From an uncultured virus (IMG/VR IMGVR_UViG_3300008113_000179) (taxonomy: Duplodnaviria > Heunggongvirae > Uroviricota > Caudoviricetes): a stretch of 20,000 nt of DNA. Positions within the stretch are counted from its first letter, which is position 1. Every line of letters begins with the position of its first letter. The position numbers and the translations under genes are program-made. The DNA is taken from the IMG/VR virus record IMGVR_UViG_3300008113_000179. One strand, given 5' to 3'. The notes beneath the pieces were generated by a model, which had not been told where the DNA came from, made no database searches, and saw nothing but the letters and a program-made list of their open reading frames with translations. Positions 16,933-20,000 of this stretch are shown here, in pieces.

Positions 16933-17065
16933 ACTAGTATATAGTAAAAAAAGGTTACAAGCTGAGAAAAAAATACTGCGCAAATTTTTTAAAAAGCGTT
17001 TTTCAACCAGTATAGGATGATTTCTATAGTACCAGGATCTGGGGGAATGGGAACGTACATGCGAC

Positions 17066-17269
17066 TTATATAGAGGTTACTTGAGCTGCAACACAGGTTG
17101 CTTGCACCAGCACAGCTAGTCCCTGGACTCTAGCTGTGTTAACAATCAAGGCACGTTGGGTTTCCACAGCTAGCACACACTCTTGAGCTGAATAGAAATG
17201 TGTGGTTGCCTGCAGAAAATCACAAGTTGAATTGGCACAAATGAATAGCACGGGTATGAATATGTTCAT
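17066..17269 (-). CDS. Small 4-Cys hypothetical protein (67 aa)
   Basis: Hydrophobic N-terminus and four spaced Cys; CTAAATA box 7 nt upstream. Confidence 0.65.
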   Translation of the reverse strand: MNIFIPVLFICANSTCDFLQATTHFYSAQECVLAVETQRALIVNTARVQGLAVLVQATCVAAQVTSI

Positions 17270-17471
17270 GATGAATTATTTAGTTTTGATTACACTAAAC
17301 AAGATTACAGAAAAAGGGCTGTGTGAGGGAAAAAACAAGAACGCTAAAAAATTGTGGGTAAGTACTTTTCGTTTCAGGGTGGTGATTTTAGACCACTACC
17401 ACTTTTTAAACTACTGTACGTATATACAGTACTATGCCGGCCGGCCTCGCCCACCGACCACCACCGACCCC

Positions 17472-17699
17472 TCATCGGTTGGCGGTGTTCAACCATGACC
17501 AATAGGTCAGCATGTCACCCTTGAGTCCCATAAGGACCCCTTCGTATGCAGCGTAGGGCAACACTTGGTATTCCCCAGCTTCATATCGAAGACGATGCGG
17601 GTTGTTGTTCAGCTTGGTAGCCTGCTGCTTTGCTGTGCGCTCTTGCTTGTAGTAACGCTCTGCACGTCCGCTTGCTGTGTTGTATACAATGTATCCCAT
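17472..17699 (-). CDS. Hypothetical protein (75 aa, MGYIVYNTASGRAERYY...)
   Basis: ATG 17699 follows the upstream stop by 1 nt; AGGA RBS. Confidence 0.65.
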   Translation of the reverse strand: MGYIVYNTASGRAERYYKQERTAKQQATKLNNNPHRLRYEAGEYQVLPYAAYEGVLMGLKGDMLTYWSWLNTANR

Positions 17700-17700
17700 A

Positions 17701-17886
17701 CTACTTCCTACATCCATTAGGGTTATAACAAGGCTGCTTGCCCATTGGGTGATCCCAGTTAGGTAACTGTTCGTGTAAGGCACGACCCGTCTTGGGGTCC
17801 CAGGGTGCATCACGTGGATCCCTACTGGCGCAGCCTGTGCTAATCGCTGCGAGCGTTAGCAATACACATGTCAGCACGAGCCGCAT
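17701..17886 (-). CDS. Small predicted lipoprotein (61 aa)
   Basis: MR, hydrophobic core, then lipobox-like ISTGC; two C-terminal Cys. Confidence 0.7.
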   Translation of the reverse strand: MRLVLTCVLLTLAAISTGCASRDPRDAPWDPKTGRALHEQLPNWDHPMGKQPCYNPNGCRK

Positions 17887-18076
17887 AGTCTTCTAGCCTT
17901 CCTTCTTGTTCTAGTGTTTCCAGTACTGCCATCTGCATAAGGCTGTTAGCGTCTGCACGATCCTTGGGTGTGGGCATGCTTCGTATGAACAGTTGAGCTT
18001 GCTCTATACTGGTGCAGGCCCACAGTATGTCCATGATGGCCTTTTGCTTGTGTGTGAGTCCTGTAATGGTAATCAT
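17840..18076 (-). CDS. Hypothetical protein (78 aa, MITITGLTHKQKAIMDILW...)
   Basis: ATG 18076 directly follows the upstream stop. Confidence 0.7.
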   Translation of the reverse strand: MITITGLTHKQKAIMDILWACTSIEQAQLFIRSMPTPKDRADANSLMQMAVLETLEQEGRLEDYAARADMCIANARSD

Positions 18077-18077
18077 G

Positions 18078-18263
18078 TTAGTCATAGTAGTGACTGTTAC
18101 GGAAACCCAGTGTGCCCGCATACATAGCCAACAGGCCCAACACTGCCAATAGCAAACTGCCTGTCAGTTGTTCTGCATCCACGCTGGCTTCTACACCACC
18201 CACTGCACCCAGTGTAAGTATGAGTCCTGCTATGAATACGAAAAAGGCTTGATTAGTTGTCAT
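18078..18263 (-). CDS. Small two-helix membrane protein (61 aa)
   Basis: Two hydrophobic stretches; AAGGA RBS; consensus promoter upstream. Confidence 0.75.
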   Translation of the reverse strand: MTTNQAFFVFIAGLILTLGAVGGVEASVDAEQLTGSLLLAVLGLLAMYAGTLGFRNSHYYD

Positions 18264-18288
18264 ATAGTTCCTTTGTGTGTATGTAGTA

Positions 18289-18319
18289 ATTATAGCGTCA
18301 TCTATCCAAACTGTCAACC
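18289..18319 (-). promoter_or_regulatory. Early sigma70 promoter P1
   Basis: GG-TTGACA(18317-12)-N17-TATAAT(18294-89). Confidence 0.9.
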
Positions 18320-18336
18320 AAAGACCCTTGCGGGTC
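18320..18336 (-). terminator. Short stem-loop, possible terminator
   Basis: GACCC-GCAA-GGGUC then UUU, just after the stop of the 115-aa gene. Confidence 0.5.
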
Positions 18337-18341
18337 CCGGG

Positions 18342-18689
18342 TCAATCAAGTCTGCTGCCCGCATAGGCTTCGAAGCCGTACTTCTCAAACACCCCGGCTG
18401 CTGCGCGAGCGCCTGCTTCAAGAGTGTCCACGTTCTGGCAACCGAACTTTGAGGGATTCCACATCTCTAAGCCGCCTGAGTAGGAAGGACGAATCCCGGT
18501 GGCTTTCAGGGCCTTGCCCAACTTGGTGTTGCCCTTGACGCCGTAGATCTTCACCCAGGCAAAGCCGCAGGCGAATTGATCCCTACCGCCCAGCTCTTGG
18601 CGAAAGTACTGATCAGCTGCTGCGTGTGCTGCTGATTCAGCTTCGGCTACGATCATTGGAATCTGCTCTGGGGTTGCTGTGATAGTCAT
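18342..18689 (-). CDS. Hypothetical early protein (115 aa, CGFAWV motif)
   Basis: AAGGAG RBS; own promoter and downstream hairpin. Confidence 0.85.
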   Translation of the reverse strand: MTITATPEQIPMIVAEAESAAHAAADQYFRQELGGRDQFACGFAWVKIYGVKGNTKLGKALKATGIRPSYSGGLEMWNPSKFGCQNVDTLEAGARAAAGVFEKYGFEAYAGSRLD

Positions 18690-18717
18690 TGCTGCTCCTT
18701 AGTGTGTGTATGTGTCA

Positions 18718-18748
18718 ATTATACTGCCAAATGCCCAAACTGTCAACC
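18718..18748 (-). promoter_or_regulatory. Early sigma70 promoter P2
   Basis: GG-TTGACA(18746-41)-N17-TATAAT(18723-18); the -35 box contains the TGA stop of the upstream gene. Confidence 0.9.
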
Positions 18749-19087
18749 AATTTCGCACTCTTGTGCCATTGTGATTGGAGTTGCTGGGTAGCGTATGGAT
18801 CCCTCGTAGTCCAGCTGGCTCTGCTCAAACTCTGTAAGGTATGTGTCCTCTACTACAGAGTAAAACAGTATGGTCTCACGATAGTAGTCATCATCCTGCT
18901 CAAGGCGAGGGCGGAAGTATTCAATGATCTCTTTCAGGGCCTCAGTGCTGCGAGCCTGGGTGCCGAGATCATAGCGATAGTCGTTGCCGCCTTTGGCTTT
19001 CCAATACTGGGGGCAAGCACCATCAGCAGAATCCCAATCATGGGCGCCGTAGTTCTCGTATATTTGTGTAGTGATGATCAACTTCAT
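18743..19087 (-). CDS. Hypothetical early protein (114 aa, TQxYENYGAHDWD...PQYWKAKGG)
   Basis: TAAGGAG RBS; own promoter. Confidence 0.85.
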   Translation of the reverse strand: MKLIITTQIYENYGAHDWDSADGACPQYWKAKGGNDYRYDLGTQARSTEALKEIIEYFRPRLEQDDDYYRETILFYSVVEDTYLTEFEQSQLDYEGSIRYPATPITMAQECEIG

Positions 19088-19118
19088 ATTCGCTCCTTAT
19101 TTGCTAAACTATGTACAT

Positions 19119-19149
19119 AGTATAACACCTTGTGTCCAAAATGTCAACC
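19119..19149 (-). promoter_or_regulatory. Early sigma70 promoter P3
   Basis: GG-TTGACA(19147-42)-N17-TATACT(19124-19). Confidence 0.9.
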
Positions 19150-19176
19150 AAAATGACTGTGGCATTTCTGCCACGG
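19150..19176 (-). terminator. Stem-loop, possible terminator or palindromic operator
   Basis: GUGGCA-GAAA-UGCCAC then AGUCAUUUU, immediately after the 128-aa gene stop. Confidence 0.5.
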
Positions 19177-19179
19177 ATC

Positions 19180-19566
19180 TTAGTCTAACCAGCTTTCTAC
19201 CATCACCACGGGCTTCTTGAGCACACGCTTGACGAAGTCCTCAGGCTCATCGTCACAACGCACTAACATAAAGCCCATGCTCTCTACCAAGTCCACCTCG
19301 CATACCTGCAGATCTAATGCGGCAGCTTCAAAGGCAATGTTCATCTTGGTCAGTGCATACTTGACGCCGGCGGCAAAGGCCTCGTACTCGTTGTCTACCA
19401 CTTCGTCAAAGTCGAATTCCTTTAGAAGGATTGAGCTGTACTCTTGTCCATCTGCCACAATGAACTTGCCGATCTTCTTCCAGTTGCTTTGCTTCTCACT
19501 GTCGAAGTGATCGCATGCTTCATTGAGGTCAAAGCTGGCAAAACGGTCATAATTTACTTTAGTCAT
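19180..19566 (-). CDS. Acidic hypothetical early protein (128 aa)
   Basis: AGGAG RBS; own promoter. Confidence 0.8.
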   Translation of the reverse strand: MTKVNYDRFASFDLNEACDHFDSEKQSNWKKIGKFIVADGQEYSSILLKEFDFDEVVDNEYEAFAAGVKYALTKMNIAFEAAALDLQVCEVDLVESMGFMLVRCDDEPEDFVKRVLKKPVVMVESWLD

Positions 19567-19599
19567 CTGTCGCTCCTATTACTGTGTTACTGTGTCGCT

Positions 19600-19630
19600 A
19601 TTGTACAACTAATTTGGCTAGTTGTCAACC
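19600..19630 (-). promoter_or_regulatory. Early sigma70 promoter P4
   Basis: GG-TTGACA(19628-23)-N17-TACAAT(19605-00). Confidence 0.85.
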
Positions 19631-19638
19631 TAGTATTG

Positions 19639-19852
19639 GACAGTTAGGAAAGAACTAAAGGAACATGTAGTCTACCCAGGGGACCGTCTCCACAAGGGCT
19701 TGTACCGTCATTACTGCCTACAAGATCCGCCGCTTCTCCAGTCATTGCTGACCTATTTCATGCACCTAGATTGAGCGTGACCGTCGCCACTGTCCTAACC
19801 CTCTAAGTACCTAACGGTGTAGGTAACCTCTAACTCTTTCCTAACTGTCTAT
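19639..19852 (-). ncRNA. Candidate structured non-coding RNA (~210 nt), family unrecognised
   Basis: Dedicated promoter with predicted +1 a few nt before a 23-bp terminal stem (15 perfect bp plus 8 bp with three G-U); internal GNRA-capped hairpins; no long ORF. Confidence 0.7.
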
Positions 19853-19858
19853 GTATCT

Positions 19859-19889
19859 ATTATATGTTCAATTTACCATTCTGTCAACC
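19859..19889 (-). promoter_or_regulatory. Early sigma70 promoter P5 (drives the candidate ncRNA)
   Basis: GG-TTGACA(19887-82)-N17-TATAAT(19864-59). Confidence 0.9.
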
Positions 19890-19911
19890 AAACAAATAAT
19901 AACCCTACTGC

Positions 19912-20000
19912 CTATGCAGTTTCTTCGTCTTCTAAAAAGTCCTCTGGAAAGTTCTTGCGATCGCACTCTTCCCAATAAGCTTCTTCAGCGATCAAATACT
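19912..20000 (-). CDS. 3' end of an acidic hypothetical protein (start outside window)
   Basis: Reads ...YLIAEEAYWEECDRKNFPEDFLEDEETA-stop, TAG at 19914-19912. Confidence 0.6.
   Translation of the reverse strand, partial: YLIAEEAYWEECDRKNFPEDFLEDEETA

Noticed and set aside
16989..17060. 23-codon - strand ORF MYVPIPPDPGTIEIILYWLKNAF
   Set aside because: It fits the gap but is too short and has no convincing RBS; cannot be supported from sequence alone.
495..19647. Shadow ORFs in the track (e.g. 495-803, 1834-2076, 7074-7376, 9387-9674, 10474-10875, 11411-11674, 16481-16732, 17202-17498, 18689-19120, 19217-19510)
   Set aside because: Antisense or out-of-frame to better-supported genes, with no RBS or recognisable motifs.
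19685..19715. GACGGUACAAGCCC...GUGGAG resembles part of a twister ribozyme
   Set aside because: I could not build the required P2/P4 stems, cleavage-site loop and two pseudoknots; resemblance only.
19644..19745. 33-codon - strand ORF MTGEAADLVGSNDGTSPCGDGPLGRLHVPLVLS inside the candidate RNA
   Set aside because: It lacks the AGGA(G) RBS of every neighbouring cassette, starts over 100 nt from the promoter within a hairpin, and ends inside the terminal stem. RNA structure explains the sequence better.
19639..19849. 15-bp terminal inverted repeats read as a MITE or IS end
   Set aside because: No clear target-site duplication, second copy or transposase in the window. The stem extends via strand-specific G-U pairs and starts at a promoter +1.
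18289..19889. Repeated TGTCAACC units read as a CRISPR array
   Set aside because: The repeats are only 8-16 bp, irregularly spaced by whole genes, and are explained as -35 boxes; no cas genes.
1..20000. tRNA or rRNA genes
   Set aside because: No cloverleaf with a T-loop GTTCRA in a suitable intergenic context and no rRNA-like sequence seen.

Overview
Segment of a large tailed dsDNA bacteriophage genome with T4-like replication genes; host unknown, sigma70-type promoters. 1-11774 is a tightly packed, mostly + strand, AT-rich replication module: UvsW-like SF2 helicase, degenerate Hint-like protein, cupin, probable clamp-loader small subunit, Zn-finger protein, a 191-aa miniature DnaE (C-family polymerase core), a BppU-like structural protein, primase, an N-domain-only carbamoyltransferase, a 2OG-Fe(II) oxygenase, a DnaB/gp41-like helicase and a Pol-beta-type nucleotidyltransferase. 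11771-17270 is a mostly - strand accessory block: three more 2OG-Fe(II) oxygenases, two tandem SGNH-like paralogues, a minimal malonyl-CoA-decarboxylase-like protein and small ORFs preceded by TAAATA late-type boxes. 17470-20000 is a GC-richer early-type region of small - strand genes in cassettes headed by near-consensus GGTTGACA-N17-TAnAnT promoters. The best novelty candidate is a ~210-nt promoter-driven, highly structured non-coding RNA at 19639-19852 (-), closed by a 23-bp stem. All calls come from motifs read by eye; no database search or folding program was run.
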